Below are positions 9,591 to 17,924 of a stretch of 64,000 nucleotides of DNA, piece after piece. Source of the DNA: Magnetococcales bacterium (GTDB taxonomy: Bacteria > Pseudomonadota > Magnetococcia > Magnetococcales > DC0425bin3); NCBI GenBank assembly GCA_015228935.1, contig JADGCO010000011.1:1048-65047 (forward strand), read 5' to 3'. The translations under genes were made by a program, and so were the position numbers. Within the stretch, counting starts at the first letter, position 1. The number at the start of each line of letters is the position of its first letter. The notes beneath the pieces are model-generated. The model saw only the letters and a program-made list of their open reading frames with translations. It ran no database searches and was not told the origin of the DNA.

Positions 9591-10417
9591 AGGCTCAGGG
9601 AGTAGACAGAAAGGGTGACCGTCATGTCAGGATATTGCCCTACCGCATACTCCAGACTGTCCCAGAAGATGACCCATTTCATCCCTTCCAGGGACTTCAA
9701 ATAACGCACGACATCCAGATAATTTCCCCGCAGGCGAATCTGCATGCCGTGTTTGAATATGGATTCATCGGCAAAATCGTCACTGGCCTCGGAATTGGCA
9801 TCTTCGGATTTTTTATCGGATTTATCGTTGCTCTTGTCGTCAGATGCTTTGTCTGTCTTGTCAGATGTGTTGGTTGATGATTTATTGGATGATTTATTTG
9901 CTGAATTCTTATTGTCAGATGTATTGCCTGATGATTTATTGGATGATTTGTTGGCTGAATTTTTGTCTGTCCCGGCTTTGGTCACGACAGGGACAGCCGG
10001 TTCTGCGGCCATCGTGATCAACTGCAAGCCGCTCTCCGACTTGAAAAAATGTCCGAGAATATCCGGCATATCCCGTGGATCAACCATATCCCTCATGGCT
10101 GAGGCCAGCTCGGCCTTGATTTTGGTGATTTCATCCAGATATTTTTTCTTGCGTTCCCGGCTTTCCCGGTCCGGATCCTCTTTGCTGCGTCCCAGAACCA
10201 TGGCCTCTGTCTTGTTAAGAGTGTCAATCTGGCTGCGCGTGGCAACAATTTTTTTTTGGATTTCGGCGCGATTTTTGATCCATGGTTCCAGATACAACGT
10301 ATCCCACAAAGCACCGATAACCGCCACAAAGATTCCAATCAGGATCACGCGCTCCCGTTTGGTCAGGGCGTTTATTTTGTTGATAATTTTTTCAATCTCA
10401 TCCTGCATGGCGCTCAT
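9566..10417 (-). CDS. mshJ: PilO/MshJ-like pilus assembly protein with an inserted N/S/K/D-rich linker
   Basis: N-terminal TM segment plus coiled coil, and a PilO-like C-terminal domain (MQIRLRGNYLDVVRYLKSLE...TLSVYSL). About 70 aa of low-complexity sequence separates them. Confidence 0.65.
   Translation of the reverse strand: MSAMQDEIEKIINKINALTKRERVILIGIFVAVIGALWDTLYLEPWIKNRAEIQKKIVATRSQIDTLNKTEAMVLGRSKEDPDRESRERKKKYLDEITKIKAELASAMRDMVDPRDMPDILGHFFKSESGLQLITMAAEPAVPVVTKAGTDKNSANKSSNKSSGNTSDNKNSANKSSNKSSTNTSDKTDKASDDKSNDKSDKKSEDANSEASDDFADESIFKHGMQIRLRGNYLDVVRYLKSLEGMKWVIFWDSLEYAVGQYPDMTVTLSVYSLSLSREWIGL
9861..9969. repeat. Two tandem 54-bp units inside the mshJ linker
   Basis: tcagatgt(g/a)ttg..tgatgatttattggatgattt..ttg.ctgaatt occurs at 9861 and 9915. 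It encodes NSANKSSNKSS(G/T)NTSD. Confidence 0.8.
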
Positions 10418-10477
10418 TTGATTTTACTCGAAACATCTCCAGAATGATCAATCATTATAAGAAAACTCAACATTTAA

Positions 10478-10906
10478 TCAGCTTGCCTGGTCACGGAAAT
10501 TCAAAGATATAACTCGCAATTCTTTTATTTTCAGCATAGGTTTAGTAAATTTTTCTCCAGTCACCAACTCATCAGCCCCCCCAACGATAGCCGATGCAAC
10601 ATGTATTGCATCCATGGCAGACAAACCATAACGCGATGCCAGATTTTTGGCCATCGCAACAACAGTGGTATTCCAGGGTATCCACCTGACAGCCAAGGAA
10701 ATATATTGTTCGTAAAATTCGATTTCACGGGAACGTTTGTAAAACATTGCCTTGGGCATGATTTCCAACCAAAGCGCATCACTCACCAACAGATTTCGAT
10801 CTGGATCACGCAATACAGCCATGGAAATTTCACGAATCTGGTATTTAGCTGCAAAAGCTGCTATCAGCACATTGGCATCAACGTAGGTCAGAATTTTCAT
10901 CATCAA
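10478..10906 (-). CDS. vapC: PIN-domain toxin (VapC-like)
   Basis: Pattern of acidic residues typical of PIN domains (YVDANVLI..., ...SDALWLEI..., ...SAMDAIHVA...). The 142-aa size fits. The gene is AT-rich relative to its neighbours and overlaps the upstream small ORF. Confidence 0.75.
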   Translation of the reverse strand: MMMKILTYVDANVLIAAFAAKYQIREISMAVLRDPDRNLLVSDALWLEIMPKAMFYKRSREIEFYEQYISLAVRWIPWNTTVVAMAKNLASRYGLSAMDAIHVASAIVGGADELVTGEKFTKPMLKIKELRVISLNFRDQAS

Positions 10907-11216
10907 TCACCCCGCCACGACGATTCTGCACTTCCGCGTTGATTTCATCCCAGTCCATCAATACCATCCCTTCCTTGATGGCTTGTTCACGCAGTGCATC
11001 CATTTGATCCCACACATCAGCATGTTTCTGTTTTTCAACAGTATTCTGATCCATAAGTACCATATCCGAAGCTTGACCCCGTTCAGGGTCTACGATCAGT
11101 TCAATCCGATGCTGTCCCGGGGTCACACTTCGGGGCAGTCTCAGTGTGACTGTATGGTCCCCATTGACTTGACAATCCATGGTGAACGCCAACATGACCT
11201 GATTCTCCACTTGCAC
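10878..11216 (-). CDS. Putative cognate antitoxin of the PIN toxin (family not recognised)
   Basis: 112-aa ORF directly upstream of the PIN gene and overlapping it. It shares the PIN gene's AT-rich composition. No motif was recognised. Confidence 0.45.
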   Translation of the reverse strand: MQVENQVMLAFTMDCQVNGDHTVTLRLPRSVTPGQHRIELIVDPERGQASDMVLMDQNTVEKQKHADVWDQMDALREQAIKEGMVLMDWDEINAEVQNRRGGVIDDENSDLR

Positions 11217-11316
11217 TCAACCGATTGATGATGCTGTTTCCAGAGATGAAAAAATGATATCCCGTTCGACGACTTCATGGATATGAAAATATCATTTCAA
11301 TACGAACAATTCCTGC

Positions 11317-12105
11317 CTATCTCGAATTGCCGCGCAGATTTTCCTGCATTTTGTTGAACGGACCCCGCATTTCTTTGCCAGCACGTGCCGCTTCTCTGGA
11401 TGGATCAACTTTTTCCCCCTCCCTGGTTGAAAAATGGTCGCGGCGAATATCCTGCTCGACGCTTTTGATCCGAAACCGCAGCAAAGGTCCCCCCGCACCC
11501 GGAGAGGGCAGAGGCACCGGTACCGCACCGGCATCGGTGGCCAAATTTTTCTCGACCTCCTCATACATTTGGAAAAAACCGAAGCGCCGTCCGGCAAGGT
11601 TTTTTTGTCTGCCCAGACGGGAAATGTAGACGGGCACCAGATCGGCATTGCGGGCTTTTCCTTCCAGGACCATGCCCTCTCCTCCGGCATAAATGCCGAT
11701 GCCATCCAACCAGAGACCCTCCACTTTTTCCCGCCCCAAAGCTTCCAGAATGCCGCTGAAACCACGGGTATTGCCGCGCCGGTTTTGTTGCAACAAATCC
11801 TCAACGGTCCGCAGACGGTTGCGTTCCCGGCGCAAATTTTTGACTTCGTTGAGCAGGGATTCACTCTCTTTGCGGGGGGGGAATTTTTTGGCCAGATCCA
11901 GCATTAAATTGGACTTGGTTTGTTGTTGTCCGGCCAGGACATGCAACAATCCTTCCTCGCGTGCTGCCACCCAGTTCATGATCCCCGACACCACGACCAG
12001 AAGCAGAATGAAAAGCAACCCCACCAGCAACATTCCCCGGGCATCCAAAAACTCTTTTTTGATATGGAACCGGGATTGGTAGAGGTTGATCTGTTGGTGA
12101 CTCAT
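11317..12105 (-). CDS. PilN-like fimbrial assembly protein (equivalent to the C-terminal half of MshI)
   Basis: N-terminal QINLY motif followed by a single TM segment (LLVGLLFILLLVVVSGIM) and a coiled coil. It overlaps the upstream PilM-like gene by 4 nt. Confidence 0.65.
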   Translation of the reverse strand: MSHQQINLYQSRFHIKKEFLDARGMLLVGLLFILLLVVVSGIMNWVAAREEGLLHVLAGQQQTKSNLMLDLAKKFPPRKESESLLNEVKNLRRERNRLRTVEDLLQQNRRGNTRGFSGILEALGREKVEGLWLDGIGIYAGGEGMVLEGKARNADLVPVYISRLGRQKNLAGRRFGFFQMYEEVEKNLATDAGAVPVPLPSPGAGGPLLRFRIKSVEQDIRRDHFSTREGEKVDPSREAARAGKEMRGPFNKMQENLRGNSR

Positions 12106-13247
12106 CCTGTTCCCTCCCGGCGCAGGGCCACGCCGATGGCCGGAAGACAGCGTGCCAGATCGATGTCATCCACCTTGGCCTCGATTTCCAGAATTTTATG
12201 CAAAGGGAGGTCTTTCAGGCGCATGCCCAGTTTGTCGGCCAGGACCGTATTGAGTCCATGAAACAGGACCGGGAGCGGGGCAATATGGACACTGCTGACG
12301 GGGGATTGGCTGAAATGGCTTTCGTAATAATCCAAGGTTCGTTGAATTTCCAGGACAATGGCATCCACCACGGGCGAGGCGGCCAGCTCTGTTTCCCCGG
12401 CATCTGCCCGACCGGCCAGGGATTCCAGCAACTGGTCCACACCATAATCCATGTGCCGGGAGAGATACATGACCCCTCCCCGCGTCACCTGCACCAACCC
12501 GTCACTGCGCCCCATGTAAAGCAGACCAATACCTTCGGCATCGTCCGGCACCATGGCAGTCAGGTTGCGCAGGGCCAATTCCAGAATGTCGATGGCAACA
12601 AGGGTCAAATGATTCATGTGAAACAGGCCGAAACAATCCTTGACCACATTTTCCCGGGCGGCCACCACGTAGATCATTTCCGGTTGGCCGGGACTCCGTT
12701 TTTGCGGCAGGTCAAACACATCGACCACGGCTTCCTGGGCCGAATAATCCAGGCGATCCTTGATCCGCCAACGCATGGCCGTGGCCAACTCTGCCCTGGC
12801 CACTTGCGGTGCCTCAGCCGGAAACATGGTATATTGGCCGGGAAAGAGCATGCCGGCAAAGCGACCATGGGACATTTCATAGGTTTTCAAGGTTTGACCG
12901 AGGGCCAACCTTTCTGTGCTGTCGCTTCCGGATGCCGATGATACAAAAAAACAATTTTTAAGAACAGGGGCCTCCCCCTCGCCCCGCCACACAATTCTGG
13001 CCACCCCATAGCCATCCGGGGAGACCGTCAAACCGATCAAGCCTTCCAGGACCTGCTTTTTAAACAATCCCAGAATTTTTCGTTTGAGACGTCGATCAAT
13101 CAAATTGACACGCCGCCGATTGGCACGCCGCTCCTCCCCCTTGTAACGGTGGCGCAGCAGCCACTCCAGCCAGACAGGTTTTCTCCGGTTGGTGACCTGA
13201 CGGCGATCCGGCTTCTTTCTTGAAAATTTTTTAAATGGATTCAACAC
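12102..13247 (-). CDS. mshI: PilM/MshI-like pilus assembly protein
   Basis: Actin-like PilM/MshI pattern (ELATAMRWRIKDRLDY..., VVAARENVV..., LVAIDILELALRNL). The ORF is open to 13397. However, a basic N-terminal region, GTG 13247/TTG 13244 and a candidate promoter at 13326-13341 all suggest a later start, so the start is uncertain. Confidence 0.7.
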   Translation of the reverse strand: MLNPFKKFSRKKPDRRQVTNRRKPVWLEWLLRHRYKGEERRANRRRVNLIDRRLKRKILGLFKKQVLEGLIGLTVSPDGYGVARIVWRGEGEAPVLKNCFFVSSASGSDSTERLALGQTLKTYEMSHGRFAGMLFPGQYTMFPAEAPQVARAELATAMRWRIKDRLDYSAQEAVVDVFDLPQKRSPGQPEMIYVVAARENVVKDCFGLFHMNHLTLVAIDILELALRNLTAMVPDDAEGIGLLYMGRSDGLVQVTRGGVMYLSRHMDYGVDQLLESLAGRADAGETELAASPVVDAIVLEIQRTLDYYESHFSQSPVSSVHIAPLPVLFHGLNTVLADKLGMRLKDLPLHKILEIEAKVDDIDLARCLPAIGVALRREGTG

Positions 13248-13325
13248 AGTGGCAACATCCCGACACCGGAATTCAACAAAGAACAAACAGTTACACGAGT
13301 TACCGAAAAAATTATTCCGATACCA

Positions 13326-13341
13326 TGCACATTGTGTGCCG
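13326..13341 (-). promoter_or_regulatory. Candidate sigma-54 (-24/-12) promoter for the msh operon
   Basis: The minus strand reads CGGCACACAATGTGCA, against the consensus TGGCAC-N5-TTGCA. GG and GC are at the correct spacing, about 80 nt upstream of the probable mshI start. Confidence 0.3.
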
Positions 13342-13419
13342 CGCAAACAAGTGCTACCTTCCCCCGCTGTCGTCCAGGATAAACAGGGAGCATGCACGCC
13401 CCCGGGAGAACAATATTAA

Positions 13420-14268
13420 ATGGCTGCCAAAACATACGATTGCTTCACTTTTTTTGATGAATTGGATCTCCTGGAAATCCGTCTGCATCATCTCTGGGAG
13501 TATGTTGATTTTTTTGTGCTGGTCGAAGGGGATCATACCTTCCGGGGCCAACCAAAGCCCTTTGTCTATGCAGAAAACAGGTCACGCTTCGCCTGGGCAG
13601 AGGCCAAAATCATCCATGTCCGCAAACAGTTCGATATTCGCGGCCTGAATTTTGCCCGCGCAACCAGATTCACGCAAAATGACGACAACTGGCGCATGGA
13701 ACACAACCAGCGCAACGCCATTCTGGATGGCCTGGGCAGTGCCGCTCCCGAAGATATCATCCTCATCAGTGATGTCGATGAAATTCCATCCCATTTTGTC
13801 ATGAGGCTTATCCACCGACTGCTCGGAGAGTTTCCCAGGCTTGCCTTCCAGCAGCAGCTCCACCGCTATTTTCTCGACTACAAGATGGTTGCGGACGCCA
13901 ACAATCAGGAATGTATCAATTCCACCGTCGTCACCCAGCGCCAATATCTTCTGACCCCGGAAGAGGAACGTGCGCAACGGTATAAACTCCCTTTCCTCAA
14001 GGATGGTGGTCAGCATTTTTCGTATCTGGGCGGTTTGAACAAGATTGTTCAGAAGCTCGAATCATTTTCGCACAGTGAATACGATACCGATTATTTCAAA
14101 GACAAGACTCGCATCCGGCAAAGAATCCTGGCTGGCAAGGCTTTGCACTCGGACCAGGAGCAATTTGTGCGCTATGCGGTCGAGTCCGATCCCCATTATC
14201 CGCCGTTCATTATTAAAAATCGCGACAGATACTATCATTTATTTTATTCTGAAGAAAATATTGCATGA
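13420..14268 (+). CDS. Glycosyltransferase family 17 (beta-1,4-N-acetylglucosaminyltransferase-like)
   Basis: The N-terminal signature YDCFTFFDELDLLEIRLHHLWEYVDFFVLVEGDHTFRGQPKP is typical of GT17. Confidence 0.8.
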   Translation: MAAKTYDCFTFFDELDLLEIRLHHLWEYVDFFVLVEGDHTFRGQPKPFVYAENRSRFAWAEAKIIHVRKQFDIRGLNFARATRFTQNDDNWRMEHNQRNAILDGLGSAAPEDIILISDVDEIPSHFVMRLIHRLLGEFPRLAFQQQLHRYFLDYKMVADANNQECINSTVVTQRQYLLTPEEERAQRYKLPFLKDGGQHFSYLGGLNKIVQKLESFSHSEYDTDYFKDKTRIRQRILAGKALHSDQEQFVRYAVESDPHYPPFIIKNRDRYYHLFYSEENIA

Positions 14269-14320
14269 AAAAATATCCATAAACTCTCAAATATAACAAA
14301 TCCGGATGAAAGATTTAATT

Positions 14321-14480
14321 TTGGCTTCGCCACAAACCCCATCAAAAAAAAGACTTTGTTGGGGCTTCGCCCCAAACCCCATCAGAAAAAAAGACTTTGT
14401 TGGGGCTTCGCCCCAAACCCCACCAAGAGGAAGGGCACAGCCCTTCCTCTTGGACCTCCATCCCAGTTTTTCAAACGTTT
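14321..14480. repeat. Intergenic structured repeat element: three tandem 38-41-bp modules plus a 31-nt perfect hairpin (first of two copies)
   Basis: The module ttggggcttcgccccaaaccccatcag-aaaaaaagactttg occurs three times (14321, 14359, 14400). It is followed by the hairpin CCAAGAGGAAGGGC-ACA-GCCCTTCCTCTTGG (14423-14453) and a T-run. The element lies between the convergent GT17 gene and queG. Confidence 0.85.
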
Positions 14481-14526
14481 TTTTTCCATGGGATGGCTGA
14501 ATTTTTCCTCTTTTTTTATTTTTTCT

Positions 14527-15480
14527 TTATTTGTTCTTCAATGCCATATCCAGATTCCTCAAAAACCGCTCCCTGCCCAGCCTTTTGATCGGCGATTGCC
14601 GGAATATTTCCCTGAATCTCCCCTCCTCCAGCGCCACAAAATCCGCCAATTTCGGTTCCTGCAACTCCGAACGCGGCAAAAAGTCGGTTTTTTGAGTCAC
14701 CGGAGCAAAACGATTGAAAGGACACACCGCCACACAATTGTCACAGCCATACACGCGATTGCCCAACACCTGTCGTCCCCTCTCAGGAAAGGCTCCCCGA
14801 GCTTCGATGGTCATATAGGCCAAGCACTGTCTGGCATCGAGCCTGTACGGTAGCGCTAACGACTGGGTCGGGCAGGCATCCTGGCAACGCCGGCAATCGC
14901 CACAATGATCCCGCTCCGGTTCATCCGGCGGCAAAGGCAGCGTCAAAAACAACTCCGCCAACAGCAGCCAGCACCCAAACCGACGGGATACCAAAAGGGT
15001 ATTTTTTCCCTGCCACCCCAAACCCGCCAGGACCGCCAATGGTTTTTCCATGACCGGAGCCGTGTCCACAAACATTCTGGCCGGCACCGGATGTCCCACC
15101 TCTCCTTCCAGCCACTGATGCACTTGATGTAATTGTTTTTTCAGGACCAGATGATAATCCCGATTGCGGGCGCAGGCCGCCACACTCATGGCTTCCGGGT
15201 CCTGCAAACTGTCCAGGGGATTGTCTGGCGGACGATAATTGGTACCCACCACCAGGATGGAACCAACCCCATCCAGCATGAGGGCTGGATTCTGGCGTTG
15301 TTCCACATGCCGTGCCATCCAGGTCATCTCACCCTGTCTCCCCGCAGCCAACCACTCGGCCAGATAGTGACCATTGGGCGGGGGATTTGGCGGGGCAAAA
15401 CCGGCCACATCAAACCCGACCAGCAGGGCCTGGCGGCGTAATTTTTCTTTCAGATCCACCCTGTTTATTCTTGTATCCAT
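14527..15480 (-). CDS. queG: Epoxyqueuosine reductase
   Basis: Two ferredoxin-type clusters, CGDCRRCQDACP and CDNCVAVCP, within QueG-like overall sequence. The start at ATG 15480 (MDTRINRVDLKEK) is preferred over the longer ORF. Confidence 0.85.
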   Translation of the reverse strand: MDTRINRVDLKEKLRRQALLVGFDVAGFAPPNPPPNGHYLAEWLAAGRQGEMTWMARHVEQRQNPALMLDGVGSILVVGTNYRPPDNPLDSLQDPEAMSVAACARNRDYHLVLKKQLHQVHQWLEGEVGHPVPARMFVDTAPVMEKPLAVLAGLGWQGKNTLLVSRRFGCWLLLAELFLTLPLPPDEPERDHCGDCRRCQDACPTQSLALPYRLDARQCLAYMTIEARGAFPERGRQVLGNRVYGCDNCVAVCPFNRFAPVTQKTDFLPRSELQEPKLADFVALEEGRFREIFRQSPIKRLGRERFLRNLDMALKNK

Positions 15481-15581
15481 GTCTGCCTGAACTTCATAAT
15501 TCTGTTGCCGATCAATGACAAAATATATTGAAATCAAAATGCCCAATCCACCCCATCCACACCCCCACCAACGAGTCAAGA

Positions 15582-16706
15582 ACCTGTTTCACGTGTAACC
15601 TTGCAAATGAACCAACAATTCACCTGGACTTGACGTGAACTATGAATCCCCATGATCTCGGCTATAACAAACTGTTTTCACAAGCCCAAATGGTCCAGGA
15701 CCTGATTAATGGCTTCATCAGGGAAGATTGGACCAAAGGCTTGGACTTTTTTACCCTGGAAAAAGTCAATCCGGTCTACGTCAGCGATGATTTTCGCAAA
15801 AGAATTGACGACCTCGTCTGGAAAATCCGCTGGCAGGGTACAGACAGGTGGCTGTACATCTATCTGATCCTGGAACCCCAGTCCACCGTCGATGACCTCA
15901 TGGCACTGCGCACCGATCTCTATACAAAACTCCTCTATCAGGATCTGCGCCAATCCGGAAAAATTCCGCACGGCCAAAAATTTCCCCCGGTCGCCCCCAT
16001 CGTGTTGTACAATGGCAAAAGTCGGTGGACAGCCGCCATGGATGTCGCCGACCTGATTGAGGAGTATCCCCCAGGTCTGGAAATCTGCCGCCCCCGGATG
16101 CGCTACCTGCTGATCGATGCGCACCACTACCAGAATGATGTATTGAGTTCGATGCACAATGTGGTGGCAGCACTGTTCAGATTGGAAAAAAGCCGCACTT
16201 TGGAAGATGTCCGGCAGGTGGTTCATGAATTGGATACCTGGCTGAAAAGTCCAGAACAAAAAGAACTGCGCCGGGCATTTGCCAGTTGGCTGGGGCAAAT
16301 CCTGCTGCCAAGACTGTCAAAAACAAATCCCGCCATTCCGGAAACCATCCCGGAAATGAACGACCTGAAGGAGGTTCATACCATGTTGGCAGAAACTGCG
16401 GAAAGATGGACCAGAGAGTGGAAACAGGAAGGACTCGACGAAGGACTCCAGAAAGGTAATGCCACAGCTCTGCTACGAATCCTGCGCCGTCGTCTCTCCA
16501 ATCTGCCCACATGGGTTGAACCAAAAGTTCATGCTGCCAATCTGGACACCCTCGATAAGTGGATAGACCGGGCCATCGATGCCCGCACATGGCAGGATGT
16601 TTTCGATGACGATGCGGCCAGCGAAATATCCGAATAGACCCCGTTACGTCCGGGCGGCCACCAGAATGTATTGGTAAACCAAAAGGTCTCGAAATTCAAA
16701 CTCATT
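15582..16706. repeat. Left copy of a ~1.12-kb direct repeat (Rpn gene plus 70 bp of methyltransferase 3' end)
   Basis: It aligns by eye with 19909-21030. It starts at (a/g)acctgtttcacgtgtaacct and ends at ...gaaattcaaactcatt. The core 15907-16396 is identical to 20231-20720. Confidence 0.9.
15642..16637 (+). CDS. Rpn family recombination-promoting nuclease / putative transposase (YhgA-like PD-(D/E)xK), copy 1
   Basis: N-terminal HDLGYNKLF, the motif ...DDLVWKIRW...YIYLILEPQST...MALR, and PIVLYNGKSRW. The C-terminal helical tail is DUF4351-like. Confidence 0.75.
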   Translation: MNPHDLGYNKLFSQAQMVQDLINGFIREDWTKGLDFFTLEKVNPVYVSDDFRKRIDDLVWKIRWQGTDRWLYIYLILEPQSTVDDLMALRTDLYTKLLYQDLRQSGKIPHGQKFPPVAPIVLYNGKSRWTAAMDVADLIEEYPPGLEICRPRMRYLLIDAHHYQNDVLSSMHNVVAALFRLEKSRTLEDVRQVVHELDTWLKSPEQKELRRAFASWLGQILLPRLSKTNPAIPETIPEMNDLKEVHTMLAETAERWTREWKQEGLDEGLQKGNATALLRILRRRLSNLPTWVEPKVHAANLDTLDKWIDRAIDARTWQDVFDDDAASEISE

Positions 16707-16816
16707 GACGTTCCCGGAATAAGTATTCGCTTCAGCTCAATAAAACTTTTTCTTGTATCCATATCCGCATAAACTTCATGATTCTGTTTCTGGCCAACGA
16801 TAAAATATATTGAAAG
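16640..16816 (-). pseudogene. Chimeric remnant: methyltransferase 3'-end fragment fused to a second copy of the queG leader and first codons
   Basis: 16640-16706 matches the 3' end of the gene at 20968. 16731-16816 matches 15455-15537 (the queG start, MDTR..., plus upstream sequence). The track ORF 16529-16864 reads across both fragments. Confidence 0.55.
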
Positions 16817-16850
16817 CAGGAGAAAAAACAGGATAGAATGGGGCTTATTT

Positions 16851-17924
16851 TTGTCAACTGCCAAGAAGATCCAGCCCGCACACGATGCCCCTATGGTCTA
16901 TTCATTCACGCCTAAAATATTCATCAGCTACTGCACCCGCTGCCCACTCTCCGTGCAATTCGGCGACCTGTTGAAAAAACGTCTGGAGGAAAACGGGTTT
17001 GAAACTTTTCTGGATCGCTCCTCTCTTGAGGGCGGGGATAATTTTGTCAATCGAATCCGTGAGGCCATTTCTTTTGACTGTCATGGAGGCATTCTGCTTC
17101 TCTCCAGGGCGGCAATGAATTCAAACTGGGTTGTCGATGAAGCAGTCCTTTTGATGGCCAGAAAACAATGGGTTAATAAATTAATAATCGTTCCGGCCCT
17201 GATTCCTCCGGTCAAATCCGTTGAACAATTTTTTGGCGAACGGAGCCGGCTTTGGCAATTATCCGATCTTCAGGGTGTTGTCGTTGCCCCTGATTGGCTG
17301 AAAAATCTGGGTCGATTATTGGGCCACCGGGTGATTTTTTATGCCCTTTCCGTCGTGCGACTGTTGGGGAGTGTTCGCAAGTCTGGCAATGATTCGGTCT
17401 TTTTTGGCCAGTTGGACAAACCTGTTGCCAGGATAATCAAGATATTAACGCCATTGAAGTCAATGGATTTTGAGGGGAAAAAGCTGCCTCTTGCCCCCTT
17501 CGTGACCCTCAAAAATGCCCAGGGTGTGCAACGTCTGGATCCCCGGGCGCGATTTTTGCCGCTCATTGGACGGGAAAGTGAGTTGCAAGAACTGGACGGC
17601 TGGTTGGAGGGAAAAAAACCCATCTCGGTACGGGGAATGATTGGCGATGCCGGGCGCGGCAAGACTCGTCTGGCCATGGAGTTGGTCCAGATCGTACAAA
17701 AACAGGGTTGGCATGCCGGGTTTTTGTCAAGTGAGATGTTGGAAAAATTGGTAACACAGGGAGAGAGTGGCTGGTCCCGGCCAACCCTGGCGGTGATTGA
17801 CGATGCTGCCTCCCATGCAATTCATCCAAAAATGGCTGAAGCAATTGGCCTCTTACCAGATGCAGATTTCAGAAAGCAAGAAAACCATTCCATTACGGAT
17901 TTTGCTGCTGGAGCGGGTAGCTGA
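16851..17924 (+). CDS. TIR domain plus P-loop (Walker A/B) N-terminal part of a STAND NTPase; the frame ends prematurely
   Basis: TIR-like IFISYCTR...FLDRSSLEGGDNF...LLLSRAAMNSNWVVDEA, Walker A GDAGRGKTRLA and Walker B LAVIDDA. The last ~40 codons look like out-of-frame read-through. Confidence 0.75.
   Translation: MSTAKKIQPAHDAPMVYSFTPKIFISYCTRCPLSVQFGDLLKKRLEENGFETFLDRSSLEGGDNFVNRIREAISFDCHGGILLLSRAAMNSNWVVDEAVLLMARKQWVNKLIIVPALIPPVKSVEQFFGERSRLWQLSDLQGVVVAPDWLKNLGRLLGHRVIFYALSVVRLLGSVRKSGNDSVFFGQLDKPVARIIKILTPLKSMDFEGKKLPLAPFVTLKNAQGVQRLDPRARFLPLIGRESELQELDGWLEGKKPISVRGMIGDAGRGKTRLAMELVQIVQKQGWHAGFLSSEMLEKLVTQGESGWSRPTLAVIDDAASHAIHPKMAEAIGLLPDADFRKQENHSITDFAAGAGS

Noticed and set aside
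14321-14460. Three ~41-bp direct repeats that superficially resemble a mini CRISPR array.
   Set aside because: The units are strictly tandem, with no unique spacers between them. No cas genes are nearby. A related single-unit copy exists at 29272. It is better explained as a REP/terminator-like repeat family.
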